Assembly: GCF_009914755.1 (NCBI RefSeq)
Contig: NC_060925.1
Source: the human T2T-CHM13v2.0 reference genome, Homo sapiens
Length of the DNA stretch: 64,000 nucleotides
Strand: one strand, 5' to 3'
Shown here: piece after piece, positions 44,932 through 57,180 of the stretch
How the letters are laid out: every line of letters begins with the position of its first letter
How positions within the stretch are numbered: position 1 is the stretch's first letter
The notes under the pieces: model-generated
The model's input: only the letters and a program-made list of their open reading frames with translations
Database searches by the model: none
Told to the model about the DNA's origin: nothing
Made by a program: the position numbers and the translations under genes

Positions 44932-46139
44932 AGAGAGAGAATCATTGTGCGGATTCTTCCCACATAACCCTCACTCCCAGGTCCCAGCCTTTGCCCTCTC
45001 CCCTGCCTCTGCATCTGCAGGACTGGCAGCCTCATCCTGTGGGCAGGCTATGAGTTAGATGGACCTTGTCAAGTCCTTCCACTTCACTCACAAGCTGGTG
45101 TGACCTTGGGCTTTGAGTAATTCCCTGAATGTCTCTTGGCCTCTGTTTTCTCATTTGAACTTAGAGATGAAGAATTCCTCTAGGTGCTGTTGTCAAGTTC
45201 CATGAAACGGATTGGTGTTGATTTTTCTGCACACTTCCCAATCCCCAGACGTGGGCAGGAAGCAGGCAGCAGGGCAGGGTAGACGTGGGCTGGACCTGGG
45301 CCCATCTGTGGGCTCCTCACTCCTCTGGGGAAGGCAGTGGTTGCACAGGGGGCTTGAGCCTCAGAGAAGGTACCTGTTGGGGATGAAACCCGCTCAAATC
45401 TCCTAATAGGCCTGGATATGGAGGGTGAACGCCTGGCCCTCTGGGTTACCAACCCTCAGGGTTATGAGGTGCTAGACAGGAAAAGGGTGGGCCCTGATCT
45501 CTGCCTCTCGCCAGCCAGGCCAAAGTGGGGAAGTTCAGTAGTCCCCCAGTTTTTAGCAGGGTTGAGTGGGCTTTCTAGGGACTCTGTCTCTGGGCTGTGA
45601 GTTTGCTGAGTCCTGCTGCCCGTTCCTCTCGGCTGGGCTGCGTGTTGTGGGAGGCCCAGTGTGCTAGTAGCCCATGGCAAGCCCTCCCTTTAGCCTGTGT
45701 CCTGTCTGCCTTAACACCAGGCTTTGTTTTGGTAAGTGCTTTGTTTTGGAATCTTACCCACCGGTGGGATTTGGGTGGCCCTGTGGGGTGGGGTTACTAC
45801 CTCTTTTCTTCACCTTCCCCCTCCATTGGCCCCAGCCAGTGGGGTCTGCAGGAGTCCTGACTCACCTCCCTGATTCTCGTCACCCCCAGCCCCACTGAGC
45901 CCCCTCCTCCTCCCCAGAGCAGAGCCAGTGACCTGGGACACAGCTTCACTGACACTCAGTCTGGCTCTGCCTGCTTGCTCACACACTGTCCGTGTCGGCC
46001 TAACTCAGGCCTCAATTTCTCCATGTATTTAAGGCCCTTTCTTGTGTTTTATTTTACCTGATTTGGCTTTGTGTGGCTTTCCTTCCTTTTATACTAATGC
46101 TTCTCTCTGATCTTATTTGCATTCAAATTACCTCGCCAG

Positions 46140-46157
46140 GTGGTTCACCAATCAGAG
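46140..46157 (+). CDS. PTPRF: PTPRF alternatively spliced mini-exon A (18 nt, GGSPIR insert in Ig2)
   Basis: Branch-like TACTAAT 46092, TGC 46118, ccag|GTGGTTCACCAATCAGAG|gtaaga. Phase 1-1. Homologous to the GGTPIR part of PTPRD meA. Confidence 0.92.
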
Positions 46158-46799
46158 GTAAGAATGCTGTCCGTGCCTCTCGCCACACCACGCCTTGCCA
46201 CTGCCGTCACCTCCACTCCATCCCGTCCAGTCTGTCACCTCCCCATCCCCATCCCAACCTCTTCAGCCTCCTCATCTCCAGCTCCAGCACCCCCAACACC
46301 ACCGGCCACCACACACATCCACTCTCAGTCATTCCCTCCTGTGGACTCATCCATTGCAAGTCTGAATTGTGAAGATACTCGCCGGGCCCCGCCTAGGACA
46401 GCAAGCCCTGCTGCCCAGGCCTTCCAGGCCATCCCCACAGAAGGGACCCCATCAGCTCCTACTGTGAAACTTAGCCTGTCCCCCGGCTTCCCTAGACAGA
46501 AGAGCTTCCCTTGAGGTTGAGGAGTGTGACCAAGCCTTGCCTTTTCTCTTGACAGTCTCTTTTGGGGGGACCTCAATTATTACTTGACTTTCCCTTTAGT
46601 ATCCCGGCTCTGTACCGTGGTAGAATGAGGATCATCCCTTCAGCCTGGCAAGGATTAGGAGGAATGTTCACTTAAGAGTTCTGTGTAGGTGCTAGGATGA
46701 CAACAGGGAGGTAAACAGGCTCGTGCGTAACTCCATCACCTGACCTGTCAGCTCGGAGTCCCCGCTAGGCTGCCTCCACGCAGCAGGGCCCTGCAGCCT

Positions 46800-46960
46800 A
46801 AGAGTTAAAAGCACAGATTCTGGACTCAGGAAGATCCAGGTTCAAATCTGACTTACCACCTATGTGATCTTCAGAAACTCAGTTCATCTCTCAGAAGTGT
46901 ATTTCCTCTTTAAATTGGGTCACGGCCACCTGCCGCACAGGGTCATGAGAATTAGAGGAG
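46800..46960 (+). mobile_element. MIR SINE
   Basis: ggttcaaatctgacttaccacctatgtgatct...gggtcatgagaattaga. Confidence 0.6.
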
Positions 46961-49039
46961 AGGAGGATGTGTAGTGTCTGGCGCAGAGCAGACACCTGTA
47001 AAATGGTGGCTTGTCTATTCACATCATTTTCTCTCCAGTTCTCTCAGTGTCTGGGCACATCTAGACCTTCAGAGCTCAGGACCAGGATGGTCTCAGGGAA
47101 GAGCAGCTGCCTTCCTGGGTGCTATCTTGCCCATCACCCGGAGGCTGGCTCTTGCTTCACCTGGGAGCCCCCCAATCCCCCTGCCCATCTACTCAGCCTG
47201 TGGTGACTCTTTGTTGTCCCTGCTCCTGGGTCCTGGTGTTGGTTCCAGATTTGGGGATTTCTGTATGCAAATAGGCACCCAGTCTCTGTTAGGCCCCCTG
47301 ACCACTCTTAGGCTCTTGTTGCAGAGGAACCTCCTATTTTCTGGGTCAGAAATTTCACCCAGGAACCACTTTCTGCCCCAAGCCTGTGGCACCAGCCACC
47401 AGGTCTCCCTCACCCCACCCACACCCCCCTGCCTCACTCAGGTGACCTTAGGGCAGCCTCGACCCCTCAGCGGCCTGAACCCGACCTGCTTGAAGGAACA
47501 TTTTCTGTACTAGTGTCCATCCATCCCATCAGCATGACCTGTTGGGTGCCCATCAGGGCTGCTCTTAAAGGAGATGGTATTTGGCATGTGCACTGGGCCC
47601 TGGTGCTCCCTGGCATCTGGTGGGGAGGGCTGAGGCCAGCACCAAAGAGGCAGGCTGGTCCTGCGTCCTGCATTGGTGGCCTCCCCTCTTCCTTCACCTC
47701 CAGCTGCCAGCCCCCTGGGGGTTCCCAGTCCCTCCTGCTGCCCTGGGTTAGATGGTGGAAGAGGGACATCAGGTAGTGAGGTGGCTATAGGTCAGACCCA
47801 GGGTGGTACCCCTTTGGGCCCCAACCGTGAGAGCATGACTTGGAACTCTTCCTCTGGCTCCTGTCCAGTCCAGGCAGGGGGGGCCCGGCAGCTTCTGTCC
47901 ATGTCCTGTGTGGGTGTGATTGTCCATCAGCCTGGGCCCTGGGAAGGTGGAGGCTGTCAGGTTAGGCTGGCTGTTCTGTGCAGGAGGTGGTTTTGTCAGA
48001 CTGTGTCCTGTGGGGGTTCTTAACTGTTGGACCGTCCTGTGTGGGTGTAATTGTCTGTTGGATTGTTCCAGGGAGGGGTGTGCTGCCTGTGCCCGGGGGT
48101 GTGTCTGTCACAGACAGCTTGCCCAGTGTGCTTTCACAAGCAGTTTTTTCAAGTGTTTATTGGTGGGGCCAGGGGACGGCCAAGTCCAGTGGATCCACCC
48201 CCACCTTGCCGCTCTGCCTTGGCCTCCCCCGCCAGGACCTGTCAGAACTGGCCTCAAGCCCAAGATTCCTCCACCCTTTCTGAGGGTCCTTTTGCTACCC
48301 ACCCCGATCCTGGCTCCTGTCTGTCCGTCTGCGGCCAGAGCAGCCCCTCAGGGCACTGGCCCGAGTGAGAGCTCCAACCTCCATTAGCCTCTTGAATTAT
48401 GCAGGAGCCGTGGTGGGTCGAAGCACTTTAGCAGGACCGGGCTGAGGAGTGGAGCTGGAATGGGTGGGGCTGGCGGGGAGGGGGTGGAGTAGGAGGGGAA
48501 GATGGTGCTGGGAGCAGAGGCTGCTGGGCACCAGGCCCCCAGGGCAAACCCATTCCTTCCTGGTGGGCGGCAAATTCTCAAGCTCCAGCCTGATGAGGGC
48601 ATGGCGTGCTTGTGAATCCCAGGCCCGCCAGTCTGCAGGCTGCTCCCACACCTGGCTCTGACTGGCTTAGTGGGGCTGCGGGGCCAGGAACACTAACAGG
48701 GATGTTGATTGGGAAATAGGCTCCAGTACTGGCAAGAGTGTGGCAGAAACTGAATGGAGCTGGGGGTTGGGGTACAGTCCCTGGCAGAGCAAAGGTGGGT
48801 CTTGCTGGACTGTGGGGAGCATGAGATTGTGCTCCAAAGCACAACCGTTGGTTCTAGACAGGAGGCCACTGGGCTCTTCAGGGAGAGCTTCCTGGAAGCA
48901 GCAGGGGTGCCAGGGTGTGGCCTGGATGAGCTTCGACATCTGGTCAACATCAGCCACAGATGCTGTCGAGACCTCTCACCGTGTTCCAGGCCACACTCGA
49001 CATGGGCCGTGCCTGACCTCTCGCTTCGTGTACCCACAG

Positions 49040-49150
49040 GTGCCTTGCAGATAGAGAGCAGTGAGGAATCCGACCAAGGCAAGTACGAGTGTGTGGCGAC
49101 CAACTCGGCAGGCACACGTTACTCAGCCCCTGCGAACCTGTATGTGCGAG
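49040..49150 (+). CDS. PTPRF: PTPRF exon 7: Ig2 C-half
   Basis: acag|GTGCC...CGAG|gtaagg; [37 protein letters not shown]; 111 nt. Confidence 0.98.
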
Positions 49151-50022
49151 GTAAGGACTCAGGCAGTGCCTGGCCCCTGTCACCACAGAGCTGTGCTGCA
49201 CCTGCCGGGCTCTCTGCCCAGAGCCCTTGGTGCAGACACGCAAGGGACTGCCATGGGCCCAGTCTCTTCTCCTTCCTGCTTCTTTCTGCAGCAGCAGCAA
49301 CAGCTCCCACTGGGCAAGTTCCTGGCGTCTGCCACTACTTCGCCTTCCTTCCTTGCAGGCCCATGGGGAAGCAGCCACTCTTGGGAGCATTTGTATCTTT
49401 TGTAGGTCTTGCCGCATGGGCCCGGAGCCCCATGGGAATTTGGAGCCATCCAATCCGACTTCTTGGTGTATGTGCATGTGTGTGTGCACACACGGGCACA
49501 CTTATCTGTGTGTAAATGCATGCATACCTGGCCTGGCTTTCCTTCAGTACATCCTCCTGCCTGCCGCAGCATGGTGGGCTCCAGAACCACCATGGCTCTG
49601 GGCTTTGGGGTAGTAAGGCCTCAGGAACGGACCAGGCCAGGTGAGCCTATCCTCTGGCCAGGTCTTCCTGGAGCCTTCCTGGAGGAACCCTTGTGTTCAG
49701 CTGTGAGCCCCTGTGGTTATGTTGCCTCGGGTGAGCACCTGGTGTGTTCCAGATGTTCTTTGCTGGGAGCGAGTGGACAGTGTGCTTTCTGGAAGTCCAA
49801 GTTCCCAGCAGAGAGGAACCTGGGGACTGTTTTGGGGTTTCCAATCTCTGCTATGCTCACAGCCTAGGGGTGACTAAAGCTGGCCACCTTGCCCTTTCCT
49901 GAGAACACACTGGGTCTGGTATACATGTGCCCAGAAGGGGCCCTGAGAGCCCCTTCTACCCTCATACTGTCCCCTCACCTAGCCTTCTTGTACAGATGGA
50001 TGTCATTAAAAGTTAAACTGTT

Positions 50023-50309
50023 GGCCGGGTGTGGTGGCTCACGCCTGTAATCCCAGCACTTTGGGAGGCTGAGGCAGGCAGATCACAAGGTCAGGAGATC
50101 GAGACCATCCTGGCCAACATGGTGAAACCCCGTCTCTACTAAAACTACAAAAATTAGCTGGGCGTGGTGGCGCGTGCCTGTAATCCCAGCTACTCAGGAG
50201 GCTGAGGTAGGAAAATCGCTTGAACCAGAGGTTGCAGTGAGCCAAGGTCGCGCCACTGCACTCCAGCTTGGTGAAAGAGCAAGACTCCATCTCAAAAAAA
50301 AAAAAAAAA
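50023..50309 (+). mobile_element. Alu (AluS-like, small right-arm deletion)
   Basis: Forward Alu with poly(A); tgaacc joined directly to agaggttgc. Confidence 0.95.
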
Positions 50310-52075
50310 GTACAACTGTCTCCACCCAGGGGATTGTAAAGGAAAGCGGACATGGCTCCTTGCAGTGATGATTCCATCACGCCAAGTGCTTAGCGCGGCT
50401 TCCTGAGGGGTGTCGTCTGACTCTCCACCCAGTGCACGTGGTGGGTGATGGCGGTGGCCTGTCCGACTCTTTGGGGCCATGTGGTCAGACTTGCTTACTC
50501 AGAGCAGAGAGAATTAGGCTGTCAAGGCTGTCAACCAAAATACACTTATCAAGGAGTTGCTGTCTGTCATGGGAGAGGGTGGTTCTGGAGAGGCCACAGG
50601 CTGCCAGCCCATTCGGTGACCAGTTGAGCTGCAGAGGAACTATTTGTGGTGGGCAAATTGTGCTTCAGAGACTATTAAAGATGCTTCATGAGAGTTGGGG
50701 GCATGGGATGGGAGGTCCCCTAGCTTACTGTCAGGTGTCTTACTCCTCAAGGCTCAGGCCTCAGGTCAGCTTGTCTGTCTTCAGGAACAAGAGCCTGAAA
50801 ACTTCCCAAATGGCCTAGAGGAGTGGAGTTGTAAGCGGCACAGCCTTGGCCCCACCCTGCCCCAGGCAGAGTGTCTGGCAGGCATTGGGGCTGGCGAGTC
50901 CACTCCAACAGAGGAGCAGCTGGAATGACCCTTCTCAAAGATCTGCCTCCTCCCACCCTGACTATCGCAAATGCTGTGCTCTCTAGAGCTCTGCTCACAA
51001 GACTGTAGGGTCGAGAGTGGCAGTTCCAGGCCTCAGCAAGAAAGCCTTTGCATGTGGCTGCACCAGGGAGAGGAGAGGCCCAGTAGAGCCACTGTAAACC
51101 CAAGCCAGCTGCAAGGGCGTGGCCTATGGGCACATTTCCCAGGGCACAGCTACAGGAGGCAGTGCTGAGGCAGAAGAAGGCCCAGAGGTGGATGGACCCC
51201 CGCATTGTCCTCTTGACTAGGCAGCATTCTCTGAAGTCACTGTTACACTGGCCCCAGCCCTGGAGGCAGAGCAGTGGGTCTCTTTGGAGATCGACTGAGC
51301 TCAGCTGCTGTAGCTGGCAGCTCAGTCACTGCCCAGGGAGCTCTTATGTGCAGCCCCTTGGAGCATCCCTGTCTGTGGGGCTCCCTGTTTACACATGGTA
51401 GACTCAGGCAGGGCCCTGACTGGCTCTTGCCATGGCCCAACCCCTAACTCTACCAGCTCTTCTTGAATCTACCCTTCTGGCTCCATCCCCACATGCCTTT
51501 TGGTAGGAAATACGGGGGTTCCTTTAGTTCCAGCCCCACTTGCCAGGGACTCCAAAACAGCCAAACCTGACTTCTGTTGTCTCTCTCACACACACATACG
51601 ACGTTCCTCTAGGCCCTGATGTCTCAGGACCGTTTCTAAGCTCTGTCCCCAGGACCTGCCTCATGTAGACCCTAATTGAATCTACACCACCCTGCTTTGC
51701 CAAGAGCAACCTGCCCCATAGGCCCTACTGTCCTACTGACAGGACTTAGGCACACCTGAAAGGCCCTGCTCCCTGGGTGCCTTGCCTCTGGTGCCCCCAC
51801 TGCTCGTCATCTCATGGTTGGCAAAACCCCTGCCTTCTGCCCTCAGCAGTACTAGGGGCCCTTCAGCCCCAGCGCCTGGGGACAGCCTGTACTGGGCTGA
51901 CCACCAGCTCTGCATCCTGAGCCCTGCTTGTGGGTGGATGGCCGTGGAGGAGTCCCCAGTGCCAGCCTGCTTTCTGGCCTGCACCCCGTCCCATCTCCCA
52001 GCAGAGAGGCTTCGAGGTTTCCTCCCACAGCAGGCTCCTGAGCCTCAGACGGCTTGATGTGGGCTCTAGCCCTGA

Positions 52076-52240
52076 ACTTCTCAGCCGCAGCACTGTTGAC
52101 ATTTTGGGCTGGACGATTCTTAGTTGTGAGGGGCCATCCTGTGCATTGGAGGGTGTTTAGCAGCATCTCTAGCTCACTAGATGCCAGTGGCACCCCTCAG
52201 TCAAAACAAACGTTGCAACGTGTCACCTGGGGGAAATTAC
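52076..52240 (+). mobile_element. MER20-like fragment
   Basis: ttctcagccgcagcactgttgacattttgggctgga...gtgtttagcagcatc...tagatgccagt, similar to the copy at 10297. Confidence 0.75.
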
Positions 52241-53313
52241 TGATGGCTTCCCACTGCCATTGTCTCCACCCATCTGACTCTCTTCACCTGTGTCCACTGG
52301 CCGCAAGGCTTCGTCTCCTCATCAGACTTGGCTTCGGTGTCTACCTCACATCTCCCTTCTGTCCCCCAAATTCTCAGGGCTCCCAGTGTCGCTCTCTGAG
52401 GCCACGCGACTGCTACATTTAATGGGACAGTACACGTGAAGCACCAGGCACATTGCCAGGCACACAGGAAGCACTTGCTAGTCAGTAGCCTCTGCAGCTA
52501 GCACTCGGCTACTAGTCAGTAGCCTCTCGGATAGCACTGTGGGGGGATGTGTCATCCAGTTACATCTGACTTTGTTCACAGTTGCCTGCAGCTCCACCCA
52601 CAGTCTAGCAGGCCCAGGCATGCTGGGTGGGCCAGAGCCTTTCTCCTTCACCACCTGACTCTCCCTGAGTGACTCATTCTCTCCTTCCATCTACAGCTCT
52701 CTGGGTGTACAGCTGCTGGGGCCAGGGTGGAGCCCTGCCCTCCTCAGAGCCTGGCCTACCTGTGCCAGGACTACCAGCCTTCCCCCTTTCTCTAGGGACC
52801 TGGCTGCGGGGCCACAGCTGTCTAAAACAGGGACAGTGCCTTTTTCCCCACAGGTGCCCAGACATGCTCCTTACACCGGTGGTGTGTGTGGGGGTGGCTT
52901 CTAGTGGCTCCTGTACCTTGGCAGGTTTGTGGGCTGGGTGGGCCTTGACCCCAGAGCCCGGTCCACAGGGTCTGTCTGAGCTGTGGGGTGCGTGTGAGGC
53001 ATGGGGGCCTGCCTGTGCCCCATTTTCACCTGCCCCGGCCCCACCCTCGGCCTCCCTGGCGCCTGCTGGCGGGCCTCAGCCCTGTCCACCATGTCCTCCA
53101 TGAGTCCTGAGTCTTTTGTGAGTGATGTGGTTCGTGTGCACCTGTGTGCATGTGTGTGTGCGAGGGGGCACAGGAGTCTCGTCTCGTCTCCGTGCTGTGT
53201 GGGCAGATGAAGGTTGGCCTGTTTTTACTCTCTCTGTGTTTCTCCTTGTCTTTTTTTTATTCCCTCCTCATCTTCATCGCACTCTGCCATCAACCCAAAC
53301 TCTCATCTCTCAG

Positions 53314-53325
53314 ATCAGCGAGAAG
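53314..53325 (+). CDS. PTPRF: PTPRF alternatively spliced mini-exon B (12 nt, DQRE in the Ig2-Ig3 linker)
   Basis: Long pyrimidine tract, TGC 53285, ctcag|ATCAGCGAGAAG|gttggt. Phase 1-1. Homologous to ELRE meB of PTPRD/PTPRS. Confidence 0.92.
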
Positions 53326-56300
53326 GTTGGTCCTTTTCACTTCTTATCCATCTACAGTTCGCCCATCGATGGGACACGCCTGTCAGTAGGGCCCAGCGGG
53401 CTCGGTCAGCTCCCTCAGGCTCACTGCGCCGTGCCTGCCTGCCAGTCTCTGTTGTTTGGGCCGGCGGGCAGGCAGGACCAGGGATGGGTGGGCAGACCCC
53501 TGACCTGCATGTTCCTGCTGCTTGGGTCCCTGGTGCACCACGTGTCTGCATGTCCCCTTAGCCTGGTTCCCCTGCAAGGGTGGTGGGGTGGGCATGCTGC
53601 ATGGCATGAAACTGTACCCCACCTTTGCACCCAGGCCGGGCCAGCTGTCTGATCCAGGCGGTGCTCAGGAATGGTTGTGGGGGGCTGTGGTCAGAGAGAG
53701 GTGTAAGACCTGTAGCACTTTGTGTGCACCTGTGGGACCTTTCACCGCCCTCCTCGCCTAGAGACCCAGGCTCAGCCGAAACTACTGGAACATTAAGGCG
53801 AGAGGCTAGAGCAGGCTGTCCTCCCAGTATCCTGCAGCACAGGGCAAAAGTCCTGCAGTGTGTACCCTGTCCTTGAGGCCCTCAGGTCCCCCACCAGGGC
53901 TTAATGGGGCAGTCAGCCCTGGTCTGCCTCAGGGAGCTTGGTGTCCATGGCGCAGGGTGAGTAGCGTCATCTTGGCACCCTGAGGAAGTCTCCCATAAGG
54001 TTGTCTTTTCCTTCTCCAGCCAGATCCAAATTAAGATCCTCCTACCTGCCCCAGGCCCCTCTGCCCAAGCTTCCCAGCTAGCTCCCGTGTCTGTTTGAGG
54101 GTGGAATTTAGCCCACCAGCCAGCTAACTGACATTCCTTAGCTTGATGCTTTGCATTCAGACTCAAGTTGCTTCTACCTGGAGTAACTGAACGGTCAGCT
54201 GCAACTTAGCAGGATCCATATGGGAGCCTGGAAGTGGCCCCTGACTCAGCCACAGGTTAGGAAGGGTTTCCTGGAGACTGTCCTTGAGCCCATTCCAGAG
54301 CAGGTCTGTTTGGGGCTTGGTTTTCCGCCCCACCCTTGGAGCCAGACCCCCACCACTGATGCTGGGGTTGGCAGCAGGGGCTAGTGGTCATTCATGTATC
54401 ACATGGTCTGTGTGGTCAGAGGAGACTCACCTGTCCATTGGGTTTTGGGGGTTCAGGATAGCAGTGTAGGACAGGCTGAGCCTCAGGGAGCAAACCCAGG
54501 CCATCCTTGTTCCCTCTGCCACATCCTCCGTGGCTTGAGTTTCCTCTGTGAGGGTGAGGGAGCCAGTCGAGAGGAGGGCTATAGCCTCGGCTCAGATATC
54601 AGCCCTGAGCATCCATCCATATGCACAGCTGAGCACTGGGGCATTTCTGTTACACCATTTTGCTGACCGGGCAGATCTGCGAGGGCGTCCAGAAAACAGT
54701 CATCAGCAGAGACAGCCCAGCCCAGAGTGGCTCCTTCCATGCCCCTTCCTCTACCCTCCTGGTCCCTCGTCCCCTCCCTTCCCCCACCCCACCCTATGGT
54801 CCCACCAAAAATAAGCACATGGACAAATATTTAGCGGGAAGGCAGACATGAGTTTCTAAATATTCCAGGGGGATTTGCCGGGCTGGTAATTTGTTTGGTG
54901 CTGATAATTGCATCTTACATTTTTCCAGCTTTACTTAAAACTGTGTGCCGGGTTTGCCGGCATTTAATTACTGCTCTGCGGCAGCCACAAGGTTATTTAT
55001 TAAAGAGTTATTTTATCTTGATACAGTGGATCCTGCCCCTCATCCCCTCCTTAATGTTGTGTTATTTTCATCAGAGAAATTTCTCTGAGTGAATGCAGAT
55101 TGCGGGGCTGCCTCCCCCTGCGATTAGGCTGTCACTCTACTGAATGCTGATGCCTCTGGGCGCCGCACCGCCCTATTATAGGGGGTTGTCAGCGCAAATA
55201 ATTAGACTTAAAAGTTACAGCTGAAATATAATCCAGAAATGGCAGGGCCCTGTTTTGGAAATTGTCTATAAAATGTCAGCACTAAGGATGCACAGGGAAC
55301 GGTAATATACTGGCATTGTTGGAGCCTAAGATTAGACCCTGAGTGCATTTTTCCCAGCTCCAGTTTTTCTTTCCCTGCTGTTGCTTCTGTCAATAGACTG
55401 TCCAGGGTGAGGCCTGCTCCTTTTTGGAGGCCCTGTGCCTGCAGCAGTGGGTGGAGGATGGTTGGGGCTGCTGCAGTGAGATGCCAGCCACTCCAGCTGT
55501 TGGCATGGGGGTGGCTGTCTGGGCAGGTCTAGGATGCGGGTCCCTGTTGGCACTTGGAATACAAGGAGGTTGTCCCTTGCCTGTTTCCCCCACCCTTCCT
55601 CTGTAGACATACCCTGACCTCCCTCACATGGAAAATGTCTCAGTCTCAGTAACGTTTCTGCGTGGCTGAAGCCCAGTGTCCTTGTGAGAGTGAAGGTGGT
55701 GTGCCCAGGAGCCTCTGGACCTGAGGCCCTTGCTTGGTGTTGCAGGTGACCCTAAAGGCCACTGTTGACCTCTCACACTTATGCCTAGCCCCTAGAGCTC
55801 TCCCTGCCCCCTGCATCTAGGAGGGAAAAAATAAACACAACTCTTCTGTGAAGCGCCTCAATTTCCTGACAGCCGCAGGAGTTGGAGGCTTTAGAAGACG
55901 TGGCTCAGGGCGTTGGCCTGACCTCCAGGGCTGATCCATGAAGTCCGCCTTTTGGCCTGAAGACCCTGTCCTCCAGGGACAATTTGGGGGTAAAGTCCAG
56001 TCAAGTTTCTAGGTTGGTGCCCAAGGTTTATTGGCCAAGGACCTACTTCCTTCTGCTGGGGCTCTTTGTCCTGGTATCCAACGACGTGATTAGGCCCCAT
56101 GATTCCACCACCGACTGGGGTCAAGCCTGCAATCGTGACCTCTCCCTGGCACAGGCTGTCTAAACCCATCCTTACGCCCGCTGGAGCAGCATCCTCTCCT
56201 GCCAGCCTCTGCTAATTCTGATGCTTCTCCCCAGAGCCTTCTGGGTCTTTTTTCAGGCCTGTCAGCTAGGGCTCGAAAGGGTGACAGTTTTTCATCACAC

Positions 56301-56799
56301 AGACCTACTCCTACTACGTATATAAACTTGGCCATGTGACTTGGTTTTAAAACAGTTCCCTTGACTGTAATTGGCAGGTGATAGCATCTACAGCCTGGAA
56401 ACCTGCACCTAGTAGGTGCTTAAGCATAGCTTCCCTTCCCATGAAGAGGAGGAGACAGGGCACCCACTGGCCGAGAGGACAGGAGAGATTTAGTTCATTA
56501 AGGCTGCTCCTCTGTGCTGCCCCCACCCCGCTTCTGTGGCAGGCCTGGACCTGATCTGCAAACAGACTTGCCTGCCTGTGCCTGTCCCTGAGGCCCATCT
56601 CCAGAGCAGAGGGAGGGCATGCACCGCTGGGCTGGGTGGTGGTCCTGGCTGAGCCTCCTGCTCTCACCTTGGACCATTTGAGGTGCGTGCTCAGAGAGTC
56701 CTTTGTTGCCATGAGACACTTGCCAGCCATGCCCCGGGATCCACCTGTTCTGCCACAAAAACTGTGTCTGTGACATGCTGTCATCATTGGTAGAGACTC

Positions 56800-57180
56800 C
56801 TGGCACTAGAACAGATGACAGAAACCCACTTATACCAGCGTAAGCAAAACAAGGAAGTCCTGTGTTACAAATCTGAAAAGTGTAGTAGATTTGGTGCTGG
56901 GCAGGGCTAGATCCAGGTACTTAAACAGGTTGGCCAGGCATTTGTCTGTCTGTTTCTGAGCTCTCCTCTCCTCTGTCGACATCTTTGTTCTCAAGCAGCT
57001 TTTCCTGTGTGTTGGGAGAAGCCATCCCCAGCTGCTCTAAGCTTAGCTACCTCAGTAGAGAGAGAAGGTCGCTTTTCTAATAGTTTCTGCGGAAGTCCAA
57101 AGGCTGTTTCTCCATAGTCAGATCTGGGTCACACACCCCATGTATGAAGAATGCAGGTAGAAGTGGTTTCCTTAAAGACA
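56800..57180. mobile_element. Probable MaLR (MLT1-type) LTR fragment
   Basis: gacagaaacccact...agcaaaacaaggaa...ggctagatccagg...tgggtcacacaccc pattern. Confidence 0.55.

Noticed and set aside
48754-49515. 253-aa ORF spanning exon 7
   Set aside because: Only 49040-49150 has LAR sequence and splice sites; the flanks are chance open intronic frame.
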